A stretch of DNA of 64,000 nucleotides from an uncultured Acidobacteriota bacterium (GTDB taxonomy: Bacteria > Acidobacteriota > Thermoanaerobaculia > Multivoradales > SZUA-115), in NCBI GenBank assembly GCA_963805975.1, contig CAWDVR010000001.1:1280001-1344000 (forward strand). The letters run 5' to 3'. Below are positions 35,331-43,815 of the stretch, one piece after another. The translations under genes and the position numbers were made by a program. Every line of letters begins with the position of its first letter. Positions within the stretch are counted from its first letter, which is position 1. The notes beneath the pieces were generated by a model. The model worked only from the letters and a program-made list of their open reading frames with translations. It had not been told where the DNA came from and did not search any database.

Positions 35331-37232
35331 CGCACCCGCGTCCCGTTGGGCACCGGCTTCTCGGGCGCCAGCAGGATGGCGCCGTCGCCGGGCGAGGCCG
35401 CGAGCACCATGCCCTGCGACTCGACGCCCATGAGCTTCGCCGGCTGCAGGTTGGCGACGATCACCACCTGCCGTCCGACCAGGCTCTCGGGCGTGTATTG
35501 CAAGGCGATGCCGGCCACCACGGTGCGCTGCTCGTCCCCCAGGTCCACGGTGAGCTTTACCAGCTTCTGGCTCTTCGGCACCGGCTCGGCGGCGAGCACC
35601 GTGGCCACCTTGAGCTGCGTTTCCATGAACTGATCGATGGTGATCATGGGACCTTTCTCGGCCGCCGGGGACTTGGCGGCGGCAGCCTCCGCGAGGTAGG
35701 CCGCCTTGTCGATGCGCGGGAAGAGAGGCGAGGGCGACGGCAGCGGTGCGCTGGTGGGGGTGCCGCCCCAGGCCAGCGCCTCGAGGTCCGTGGGCGCCTC
35801 GGCGGTGCCCACCGCGCGGAGCACGGCGGCGGCGGTCGTGGGGATGAACGGCAGCAGGCCGGTGGCCACGATGCGCGTCGCCTCGAGCCCGTTCCACAGG
35901 ATGCGCGAGAGCCGCGTCCTTCTCCTCCTCGCGGCCGATCAGCTTCCAGGGCTCGCGCTGCACGATGTACTGGTTGGTCTCGGCGAGCAGGCGCCACAGC
36001 GCTTCGAGCGCCCGGCTGAAGGCCGGCTCGTCCATCGCGCTCCGGTACTCGGCCGCCACCTCCGCCGCCACCGCGATCAGCGGGTTGTCGTCGCAGGCCT
36101 CGGGCGGGGTCTGGTCGTCGAACGCCCGGCGGGACAGGGTGACGACGCGGCTCACGGTGTTGCCGAGGTCGTTCGCCAAGTCGCTGTTGAAGCGGTCGAT
36201 GAACGCTTCGTCGGAGAAGCTCGCGTCCTGCCCGAAGACCATGTCGCGCAGCAGGAAATAGCGCAGCGCATCCACGCCGAAGCGGCGCGTGAGCTCGTCC
36301 GGGCGCACCACGTTGCCCACCGACTTCGACATCTTCTTGGCGTCGCGCAGCCACCAGCCGTGGGCCCATACCTGGGTGGGGAGCGGCAGGCAGGCCGACA
36401 TCAGGAAGGCCGGCCAGTACACGGCGTGGTGGCGGAGGATGTCCTTGCCGATCACGTGCTGGCGGGCGTCGCCCTCGGCCCAGAAGCGCTTGTAGCGCTC
36501 GTCCTCGACCGGCTGGCCGAAGCCCAGGGCGCTGATGTAGTTGGTCAGGGCGTCCAGCCAGACGTAGACCCGGTGCGGCGGATGACCCGGGAACGGCAGG
36601 CCCCAGGTGAGCGCCGTGCGGGACACCGAGAGATCCTTGAGGCCGCCGGCGACGAAGGCCCGCACCTCGTTGGCGCGCACCCGCGGCCGGACCGGCTGCG
36701 CCTCGCTGTCGTACCACTCGAGCAGGCGGTCCTGGTACTTCGAGAGGCGGAAGAAGAGGTTCTCCTCCTCCTGCTTCTCGACCGGCGTCTCGTGCACCGG
36801 GCAGCGCTGGCCGGAGAGCAGCTCTTTCTCCGTGTAGTAGGTCTCGCACTGCACGCAGTACCAGCCCTCGTGCCGGGCGAGGTAGAGGTCGCCGGCCGCG
36901 TCGATGCGGCGGATGATCTCCGCCACCCCGGCCGCGTGCCGGGGCTCGGTGGTGCGGATGAAGTCATCGTGCGAGATGCCCAGCTCGCGCCACAGCTCGT
37001 GGTAGCGCTGGACCACGCGATCGGCCAAGGCGAGCGGCGCGATGCCCTCGGCGGCGGCGGCGCGCTCGATCTTCTGGCCGTGCTCGTCGGTGCCGGTCAG
37101 GAAGCGGGTCTGGTCGCCCGCCAGGCGGCGATAGCGGGACCAGGTGTCGGCCACCACCGTGGTGTAGATGTGCCCGATGTGGGGCAGATCGTTGACGTAG
37201 TAGATGGGTGTGGTGAGGTAGAAGGTGCTCAT
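35327..37232 (-). CDS. metG: Methionine--tRNA ligase with C-terminal tRNA-binding domain (apparent +1 frameshift at about 35918)
   Basis: YYVN..HIGH, GTDEHG, YVWLDAL and KMSKS; C-terminal RTVVAGIA...ANLQPAKLMGVESQGM in the shifted frame. Confidence 0.95.
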
Positions 37233-37285
37233 GGCCCTCTCGTGGATCTCGGCGCTGGGCTGAAAAACCGCGCCATCCTAGCAGC

Positions 37286-38200
37286 TCAAGCGTCCGCGAC
37301 CTCCGCCGACCGGTACTCGTACTGCTCGCCGCAGAAGGCGCACTCGACGGCGATCCTGTCCTGCTCGTCGTGGAGCGGCTCGCTCTCGCTCCTGGCGATC
37401 GCCACCAGGTAGGCGCGGATGCGCTCGCGGCTGCAACGGCAGCGATAGGAGAGGGTGACCGCTCCGTGCCGCTCGGGCGCGAGGTCCTTCAAGGCGAGGC
37501 CGATCACCGCTTCGAGCCCGCCCTCGGCCAGCACCCGGCTCACCCCGCTCAAGCCCGCCCCGGTAAAGCCCTTGAGGTTCGTCTCCAGGGCGGTGACGGC
37601 CGAGCCCGGTGTGCCGGGCAGCGCTTCGAGCATCATGCCGCCGGCGGCCGTGACGCCGCTGGGCTGGGCCAGGACGCCGACCAGCACCGCCGACTGCGTC
37701 TGCTCGCTCTGCTCGAGGTAGTGCGCCAGGTCCTCGCCGATCTCGCCGGAGACCAGGGCGACCTCGCTCTGATAGCGCCGGTTGTCCGGCTCCTCGCGGA
37801 TCACCCGCAGCACGCCCACCCCCACCGCCGTGCCCACCGCGAGCTTGCCGTCGCTCTTGTGCGGCACGTCGACCCGCGGGTTGCCGACCATGCCGCGCAG
37901 GTTGCCGTGGTGGTCCACCTCTGCCACCACGCCGCCGAGCGGCCCGTCGCCCTTGATCTCGAGGATCAGGCGGCTCGGCGTCTTGAGCGCCATGCGCAAC
38001 AGGAGCACGGCACCGGTGAGCGCGCGACCGAGCGCCGCGGCGGCGACCGGCGAGAGGTCCAGCCGCGCCCGCGCGGCCTCGACCACCGCGGAGAGGTCCA
38101 CCGCTGCCCAGCGCAGGTCGCCGTGGTGCGCCAGGCCCTGCTCCAAGGTGCCGGTGGCGAAGGGCGCCCGCCAACCGGAGTCGTCTTCCCGCTCTTCCAA
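37286..38200 (-). CDS. hslO: Hsp33 redox-regulated chaperone
   Basis: AAALGRALTG, GDGPLG, YLEQSEQ and C-terminal CRC...CAFC zinc motif. Confidence 0.93.
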   Translation of the reverse strand: MEEREDDSGWRAPFATGTLEQGLAHHGDLRWAAVDLSAVVEAARARLDLSPVAAAALGRALTGAVLLLRMALKTPSRLILEIKGDGPLGGVVAEVDHHGNLRGMVGNPRVDVPHKSDGKLAVGTAVGVGVLRVIREEPDNRRYQSEVALVSGEIGEDLAHYLEQSEQTQSAVLVGVLAQPSGVTAAGGMMLEALPGTPGSAVTALETNLKGFTGAGLSGVSRVLAEGGLEAVIGLALKDLAPERHGAVTLSYRCRCSRERIRAYLVAIARSESEPLHDEQDRIAVECAFCGEQYEYRSAEVADA

Positions 38201-38267
38201 GGCGCCTCCTCCGCAGCTCGCCAGGCGTCCGGCCCTCTGCAGGGGCTCTCTGGCAAGAAGGGGAACC

Positions 38268-38951
38268 CTACCAGGGCCGGCGCTCGCGAAGCGAGACCCA
38301 GCGCCCGAAGCCGCCGAGGATCAGATGATCGACCAGCCGAAGGCCCACGGTCTCGGCGGCCTCGGCCATGCGCCGGGTGAAGAGGTAGTCCTCGCCGCTG
38401 GGGCTCGGGTCGCCGCTCGGGTGGGTGTGGAAGAGGAGGAGCGCCGAGGCGTCGCGCAGGATCGCCTCCTTGAGCACCGCCCGCGGCTCGACAGCGGCGC
38501 GGTTGAGGGTGCCGCGGAAGACCTCCCGCTCGCCGATCAACTGGTTGCGCAGATCGAGAAAGAGCGCGCCCATCACCTCCTGCGGGATCGAGCAGTAGCG
38601 CATCACGAGGTAGTCCGCCACTTCGCGGGGTCGGGCGAGCGACACCTTCTGGGGCAGCTCCAGGCGGGCGAGGCGGCGGCCGATCTCGACCGCGGCCAGC
38701 ACGCTGGCGAGCTTGGCCCGGCCGAGGCCGGGGCAGGTCGCCCCCCCATCCCGCAAGCCACGGAGGCCGGCGAGACCGCCGGTCAGGCGCAACAGCTCCC
38801 GGCCCAGCTCGACCGCGGACGCGCCGGGCCGGCCGGTGCGCAGCAGCACCGCCACCAGCTCGGCGTCGGACAAGGAATGGCTGCCGTGCTCGAGCAGGCG
38901 CTCGCGGGGCCGGTCGTCGAGCGGCAGCTCGTGGATCATCAGGCTTTCCAT
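38268..38951 (-). CDS. radC: RadC family JAB-domain protein (full length)
   Basis: DDRPRERL, LSDAELVAVLL and HTHPSGDPSPS.ED. Confidence 0.93.
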   Translation of the reverse strand: MESLMIHELPLDDRPRERLLEHGSHSLSDAELVAVLLRTGRPGASAVELGRELLRLTGGLAGLRGLRDGGATCPGLGRAKLASVLAAVEIGRRLARLELPQKVSLARPREVADYLVMRYCSIPQEVMGALFLDLRNQLIGEREVFRGTLNRAAVEPRAVLKEAILRDASALLLFHTHPSGDPSPSGEDYLFTRRMAEAAETVGLRLVDHLILGGFGRWVSLRERRPW

Positions 38952-38975
38952 CGTGCTCTCTCCCTTCGAGAGAGA

Positions 38976-39004
38976 AAGACGGAAATCGCCCGCCCAGTCT
39001 TGCA
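38976..39004 (-). promoter_or_regulatory. Putative ECF-type promoter GCAAG-N17-CGTCTT upstream of radC
   Basis: Minus strand TGCAAG actgggcgggcgatttc CGTCTT, 24 nt before ATG 38951; matches the comEC upstream motif. Confidence 0.5.
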
Positions 39005-39014
39005 GCGAGGGTCA

Positions 39015-39121
39015 CGGGAATCGGGGTGGGGCTGGGGGAGAGCCTGGGAGGAGCGCAGCGTGACCCGAAGGGGGCGTCGAGCACCGCACCGGGCTCTCCC
39101 CCAGCCCCACCCCGATTCCCG
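39015..39121. repeat. Perfect 30-bp inverted repeat with 47-nt spacer
   Basis: CGGGAATCGGGGTGGGGCTGGGGGAGAGCC (39015-39044) and its exact reverse complement (39092-39121). Confidence 0.95.
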
Positions 39122-39123
39122 CG

Positions 39124-39152
39124 TTGACTCCCTGCTCGTGCGCTGTTACAAC
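39124..39152 (+). promoter_or_regulatory. Putative sigma70 promoter of speB
   Basis: TTGACT-N17-TACAAC with a TG extension. Confidence 0.55.
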
Positions 39153-39194
39153 CTGCCGCCTGACCCGGAGGCGCCACCTGACCTGGAGACCGCG

Positions 39195-40082
39195 ATGGAC
39201 CTGACCCTGCCCGACAACTTCGCCCAGCTTCCGGAGGCCTACAGCACCTACGAGACCAGCCGCGTGGCCGTGCTGCCGGTGCCGTTCGAGCGCACCGTCT
39301 CCTACGGCAAGGGGACGGCCGAGGGGCCGCGGGCCATCGTCCGCGCCTCGCAGTTCGTCGAGACCTACGACGAGGAGCTGGGCTCCGAGCCCTTCCTCCA
39401 GGGCATCGCCACTCTCGACCCGTTCGAGCCGCCGGCCGAAGACCTCGCCGAGGCCCTGGCCGAGGTCGAAGCCGAGGCCCGGCGCCACCTCGCGGCGGGC
39501 AAGTTCCTGGTCACCCTGGGCGGCGAGCACAGCCTGAGCACGGCACCGATCCGCGCCGCGAGAGCGGTGTTCGGCGAGGTGGGAGTGGTGCAGTTCGACG
39601 CCCACGCCGACCTGCGCGACGAGTACGAGGGCACGCCCTGGAGCCACGCCTGCATCATGCGCCGGGTGCTGGAGCTGGGAGTGCCCACGCTCGCCGTGGG
39701 CATCCGCTCGCTGTCGACGCCCGAGGCCCGGCTGGTGACCGAGCGCGGCCTGCCGGTGATCTGGGGCCACGAGATGGCGCGGGCGGCCGAGCTCTTCGCG
39801 CCGCTCCTCGCCAGCCTGCCGGAGCGCATCTACCTCACCTTCGACGTCGATTACTTCGACCCTTCGCTCGTCCCCGCGACCGGCACTCCCGAGCCGGGCG
39901 GCGGCACCTGGTACCCGACCCTCGCACTCCTGCGCGAGCTGTTCCGCACCAAGACCGTGGTGGCCATGGACGTGGTCGAGCTGGCGCCCTTCGCCGAGCA
40001 GGCGGTGAGCGACTTCGTGGCCGCCAAGCTGATCTACAAGTGCCTGGGATACCTGCAAGAGAAGGAAACCGGCACGCCCTGA
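39195..40082 (+). CDS. speB: Agmatinase
   Basis: GGEHS, FDAHADL, TFDVDYFDP and TGTPEPGG; GGAG RBS before ATG 39195. Confidence 0.9.
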   Translation: MDLTLPDNFAQLPEAYSTYETSRVAVLPVPFERTVSYGKGTAEGPRAIVRASQFVETYDEELGSEPFLQGIATLDPFEPPAEDLAEALAEVEAEARRHLAAGKFLVTLGGEHSLSTAPIRAARAVFGEVGVVQFDAHADLRDEYEGTPWSHACIMRRVLELGVPTLAVGIRSLSTPEARLVTERGLPVIWGHEMARAAELFAPLLASLPERIYLTFDVDYFDPSLVPATGTPEPGGGTWYPTLALLRELFRTKTVVAMDVVELAPFAEQAVSDFVAAKLIYKCLGYLQEKETGTP

Positions 40083-40109
40083 GTGGGCTCGGCGCGCCCG
40101 CTGGCCCCC

Positions 40110-41786
40110 TCACTGCTGTTTCTTGGGCTCCTTCATCATCAGGCTCGGGGTGTCCTCGCCGAGGGCCTCGCGGATCGCCTCGAGCCGCTGCATGATCTCT
40201 TCCTCGTCGGGCGGGATCATGTGGACCGCGGTCGTGGGATCGACCGTGGCGGCTTGCAGAGCGATCTCCGCCTCCGGCACCAGCCTTGCGGCGAAGGTCG
40301 GCTGCGGCGGCTTCTCCCGCAGCTTCGCCAGCCGCGCGAGGTTCGTGTCCAGGGCCGCCCGCCGCCCTTCCGGCAGCCGCGCGATGTGCTGGGCCGCCGC
40401 CTTGTCGGCGTCCATCCCCTTGTCCGCCGGGCGCGCGGCGACGGCGCTCGCCGGCACGGCGCTGGCAGCGGCCGGCACGTCCCACTGGAGGTGGATCTCA
40501 CCGGCGAACCAGGGATCTCCATCACCAGTAGCCGGGTTGTCGTCGAGGTTGATCGTCACCTTCACCAGATTGCTGCCCGGGTTGATGGTGACCGCGTAGG
40601 TCGAGTTGCGGGTGGCCTGCGTGCGGTCGGCGGCTGCGCTGTGCACCACGCTCGACGCCATGGGCTCGGACCGCCACGGCAGGACCAACTGCACCGATCG
40701 CTGGCTCAGGACCTGGACGCTTCTGCCGCAGTAGCCTTCGGAGAGCCGCTGGTGGAAGAAGACCGCCCACACCTCGTCCCTCGAGCCAGGCGTCGGCACC
40801 TGGATCGCCATGGCGAAGACCGGGTGCAGCTCGGTGGGTAGCCAGGAGTGGGCGCCGTCGAGGGAAAAGACCCCCACGGCCACTCCTTTCCTCGCGCCCA
40901 CCATGGCCCTCCGATCGTCGTCGCTGCCGGTGGCGAACTGGTGCCACCACGGGACGTGGTCGCGCGAGTACCGGTCCACGGTCTCCCCCGAGGAGAACTC
41001 GAGGGAGCGCGAGGCGGTGACCCGCGCCCCGTCCTCGGTGCGGGTCTGAAGCTTGAGGTTGTGGTCGCAGTCGATCCAGCAGCTATTGTGGTCGCTGTAG
41101 GAGAGCAGCCCCTGGAGGGTCGCCACTCCCCAGTTCATGTGGCCGCTCTCGATCGTGCACGCGTCGTGGACGACGCCACACGGCACTTCTGTGCCCGAGC
41201 TCCCGCAGGTCCGACTGCAGAGGAAATCTTTGGGCGGCGTTCCGGCAAGCGTGCAGTTGCACGGGCACAGGGCTCGCGTCGCGTTGAGCCACGGCGGACG
41301 CGACCACGCCGGGCGCATGGTGTCGGTGCAGGGCCACTCCCAGGGATGTCCGCACCGGTTCTTGGGGCTGCGCTCGATGTCGTCGCTGTTGGCGGCGATC
41401 TCCCAGGCCCAGTTGGGATTGAGCCAGTAGCCGTTGCGGTCGATTGCGGGGGTCTTCACGTCCCAGGGCTGCGCCGGGCGCCCGTCGATACAGACCTGGT
41501 GGCCGGAGAGGCAGCTCGTCCCGCACGGCTTGCCGCAGCAATAGCTCCCCATGCAGGTGAAGCCCGCGGCGCAGCAGTCCGCGCCGCAGGGACGGGTGCC
41601 CGAGCGGCAGATGCACTCCTCGTCCGGTCCGCAGCGCTGGGTCGGCCTGCAGCACGGGCCCAGGGGACCCCCGCAGGGGCTGGTGCCGACCGGGCACCAC
41701 CCGGGCGCCGCCCGGGTGACCGCGGGCAGCGCGAGCGAGAAGAGGACAAACAGGAGCGCGATTCGGATCGACCGCCAATGCCGCAT
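40110..41786 (-). CDS. Secreted cysteine-rich hypothetical protein
   Basis: AGGAG RBS, signal peptide, N-terminal Cys/Gly-rich repeats; 558 aa. Confidence 0.75.
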   Translation of the reverse strand: MRHWRSIRIALLFVLFSLALPAVTRAAPGWCPVGTSPCGGPLGPCCRPTQRCGPDEECICRSGTRPCGADCCAAGFTCMGSYCCGKPCGTSCLSGHQVCIDGRPAQPWDVKTPAIDRNGYWLNPNWAWEIAANSDDIERSPKNRCGHPWEWPCTDTMRPAWSRPPWLNATRALCPCNCTLAGTPPKDFLCSRTCGSSGTEVPCGVVHDACTIESGHMNWGVATLQGLLSYSDHNSCWIDCDHNLKLQTRTEDGARVTASRSLEFSSGETVDRYSRDHVPWWHQFATGSDDDRRAMVGARKGVAVGVFSLDGAHSWLPTELHPVFAMAIQVPTPGSRDEVWAVFFHQRLSEGYCGRSVQVLSQRSVQLVLPWRSEPMASSVVHSAAADRTQATRNSTYAVTINPGSNLVKVTINLDDNPATGDGDPWFAGEIHLQWDVPAAASAVPASAVAARPADKGMDADKAAAQHIARLPEGRRAALDTNLARLAKLREKPPQPTFAARLVPEAEIALQAATVDPTTAVHMIPPDEEEIMQRLEAIREALGEDTPSLMMKEPKKQQ

Positions 41787-41968
41787 GACGATGCTCCTTC
41801 TGGGAGACTGCGTCTCTCGGGCCGGCCGCTCACGTCGATCGCTGCGTCGACAGAAGCCCGTCGCTCGAGCCTCAAGGGCCGCACTGCGCCCAGTCTCCCC
41901 AGTGCTTCGGATGCAAGTAGGTCAGGTTATCCTACTTCCCTGCAATGGAAGTCAACGCGGCCGCCCGC

Positions 41969-41994
41969 GAACTTTCGGCCCCGGCCTCTCGTCT
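41969..41994 (+). promoter_or_regulatory. Putative autoregulatory ECF promoter (leaderless)
   Basis: GAACTT-N16-GTCT ending 6 nt before ATG 42001. Confidence 0.6.
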
Positions 41995-42000
41995 CTCCGG

Positions 42001-42621
42001 ATGATGGCCGCCCTGATGCCCAACCCCGACCTCCTGCTCGCCCGTCGCGCCGCGGCCGGCCAGCCCGAGGCTTGGAACGAGCTGATCGCGCTCTACGGCC
42101 GGCGCATCTTCAATCTGGCCTTCCAGTTCACGGGGGACGTCGCCGAGGCGGAAGATCTGACCCAGGACATCTTCCTGCGCCTGCACCAGAACCTGCGCGC
42201 CTACCGCGGGGACGTGCCCCTGGTGGGCTGGACGCTGCGCCTCTCCCGCAACCACTGCATCGACCACTACCGGCACGCGCGCTCCCAGAACCGCCTGTCG
42301 CGGGTGCCGGAAGAGATCCTCGACCACCTTCCGTCCGCCTCCGATCCCCAGGCCGAGGCCACGCGCAGGGAGCAGCTCGCGCTGGTCTACCGGGCCCTGG
42401 CCGAGCTGCCGGAAGAGCTGGCGGAGATCGTCGTGCTGCGCGACCTGCAAGACCTTTCCTACGAAGACGTGGCCCAGGCCCTGGACCTGCCGCTGGGCAC
42501 CGTCAAGTCACGACTCAATCGCGCGCGCCAGGAGCTCTCGGAAACCGTGCAGCGCCTGCTCGAGTCACCCGGCGAGCAGCTCCCTCCGAGCGTGCTTGCC
42601 GGCAACGGGGAGGGCGCATGA
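42001..42621 (+). CDS. ECF RNA polymerase sigma factor (sigmaW/E-like)
   Basis: AEDLTQDIF, RNHCIDHYR and LSYEDVA..LDLPLGTVKSRLNRAR. Confidence 0.92.
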   Translation: MMAALMPNPDLLLARRAAAGQPEAWNELIALYGRRIFNLAFQFTGDVAEAEDLTQDIFLRLHQNLRAYRGDVPLVGWTLRLSRNHCIDHYRHARSQNRLSRVPEEILDHLPSASDPQAEATRREQLALVYRALAELPEELAEIVVLRDLQDLSYEDVAQALDLPLGTVKSRLNRARQELSETVQRLLESPGEQLPPSVLAGNGEGA

Positions 42622-43226
42622 ACACCGCCTGCCGCCGCTTCCGCACTGCCTTCGAGCCGGGCGACTCCACCGTCCACCGCTCGGGCTGCCCGGCCTGCGA
42701 CGCCTTTGCCCGCACCGTCGAGCTGGCGCGCGCCGGCGGGGCCCGGCTGCCGCTCTCCGCGGGGCTCGAGGACCGTCTTCGCGCCCTCGCCCTGCCGGAG
42801 CCCGCCGGCTCGACGCTGCCCGAGCTGCCCCTTCCCCTGCCTTCGCTGCCGCTGCCCGAGGGCCTGGAGGCACGGCTCGAGGCCATCGGCCGGGGGCAGC
42901 GCGCCACGGCGCGCCCACCGCTGCCGGCCTGGGTACGGAGCCCTGCCGCGAGCCTCGCCGCGAGCCTCGCCGCGGTGGTGCTCTGCGGCGCCCTCTGGGG
43001 CGATCCGGTGGCCCGCACCGAGCCCCTGGCCGGTGCCCTGGGCGAGCGCTGGACCGAGGTCGAGCGCCAGGGCCGTGAAGGCTGGGTGCATGGCGTGCTG
43101 CTGCCGGCACACCGCACCGTCGACAGGACCTTGAACCGTTCCCGGCAGGCCATTGCCTCGCTGCGCGAAGAGCTCGAGCAGCTCAAGGCCGCGGTGGAGA
43201 ACCCCGCAACACCCGAGCTCGATTGA
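42618..43226 (+). CDS. Putative zinc-finger (ZAS) anti-sigma factor
   Basis: C...HRSGCPAC (HxxxCxxC), one hydrophobic helix; ATGA overlap with the sigma gene. Confidence 0.75.
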   Translation: MNTACRRFRTAFEPGDSTVHRSGCPACDAFARTVELARAGGARLPLSAGLEDRLRALALPEPAGSTLPELPLPLPSLPLPEGLEARLEAIGRGQRATARPPLPAWVRSPAASLAASLAAVVLCGALWGDPVARTEPLAGALGERWTEVERQGREGWVHGVLLPAHRTVDRTLNRSRQAIASLREELEQLKAAVENPATPELD

Positions 43227-43255
43227 TACCGCTACTGGCGGAAGGAGAATCGAAT

Positions 43256-43768
43256 ATGGAACCGATCGCAAGCCCCACCACCGGGCACCCGGCAGCAGCC
43301 CGCCGCGCGCCGCTCAAGAACCCCTGGCTCGCCGGCCTGCTCTCGGGCTTTCCGGGCATGGGCAACGTCTACAACGGCCTCTACATGCGGGCGGTGACGT
43401 TCTTCCTGCTGATCGTCGCCTGCCTGTACCTGGCCAACCACGGCGAGGGCCAGCCGCTCTTCGGCTTCGCCACCGCCTTCGTCTGGATCTTCAACGTGCT
43501 CGACGCCTTCCGCCAGGCGACGCTGATCAACTACGGCTACGTCGACGATCTCGGTGCGGCCTCGCCGGCCCGCGGCGCCTCCGCCCGCAACGAGAAGCTC
43601 TTCGCGGGCATCATGATGCTCGCGCTGGGCACGGTCGCGGTGCTCAAGCTCTACTTGGAGATCGACCTCGACTGGCTCCTCCGGCTCTGGCCCGTGGCGC
43701 TCCTCGGCACCGGCGCCTGGCTCTTGTGGAGCGCCCTCTCGGGCCGCGAGCGGGACCAAACGCCTTGA
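43256..43768 (+). CDS. Membrane protein (LiaF/DUF5668-like C-terminus)
   Basis: KNPWLAGLLS.FPGMG.VYNG; LWPVALLGTGAWLL; four or more hydrophobic segments. Confidence 0.75.
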   Translation: MEPIASPTTGHPAAARRAPLKNPWLAGLLSGFPGMGNVYNGLYMRAVTFFLLIVACLYLANHGEGQPLFGFATAFVWIFNVLDAFRQATLINYGYVDDLGAASPARGASARNEKLFAGIMMLALGTVAVLKLYLEIDLDWLLRLWPVALLGTGAWLLWSALSGRERDQTP

Positions 43769-43776
43769 GCAGGAAG

Positions 43777-43802
43777 GGGCCGCCGGTGCGCGCCGGCGGC
43801 CC
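43777..43802. terminator. GC-rich hairpin between convergent genes
   Basis: GGGCCGCCGG-N6-CCGGCGGCCC; no clear U-tract. Confidence 0.5.
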
Positions 43803-43815
43803 GCGTTGGTCCTCT

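Noticed and set aside
34545-37232. 895-aa MetG-TatD fusion in the ORF track
   Set aside because: It results from the +1 frameshift at about 35918. The true MetG C-terminus is in another frame and tatD has its own overlapping GTG.
38268-38951. radC as a marker of a mobile element
   Set aside because: It is the full-length chromosomal type with the N-terminal RPRERL region, among housekeeping genes.
39015-39121. Hairpin as SRP (4.5S) RNA or 6S RNA
   Set aside because: It lacks the SRP domain IV CAGG..GGAA..AGCAG motif on either strand and lacks the 6S central bubble. The arms are perfectly paired.
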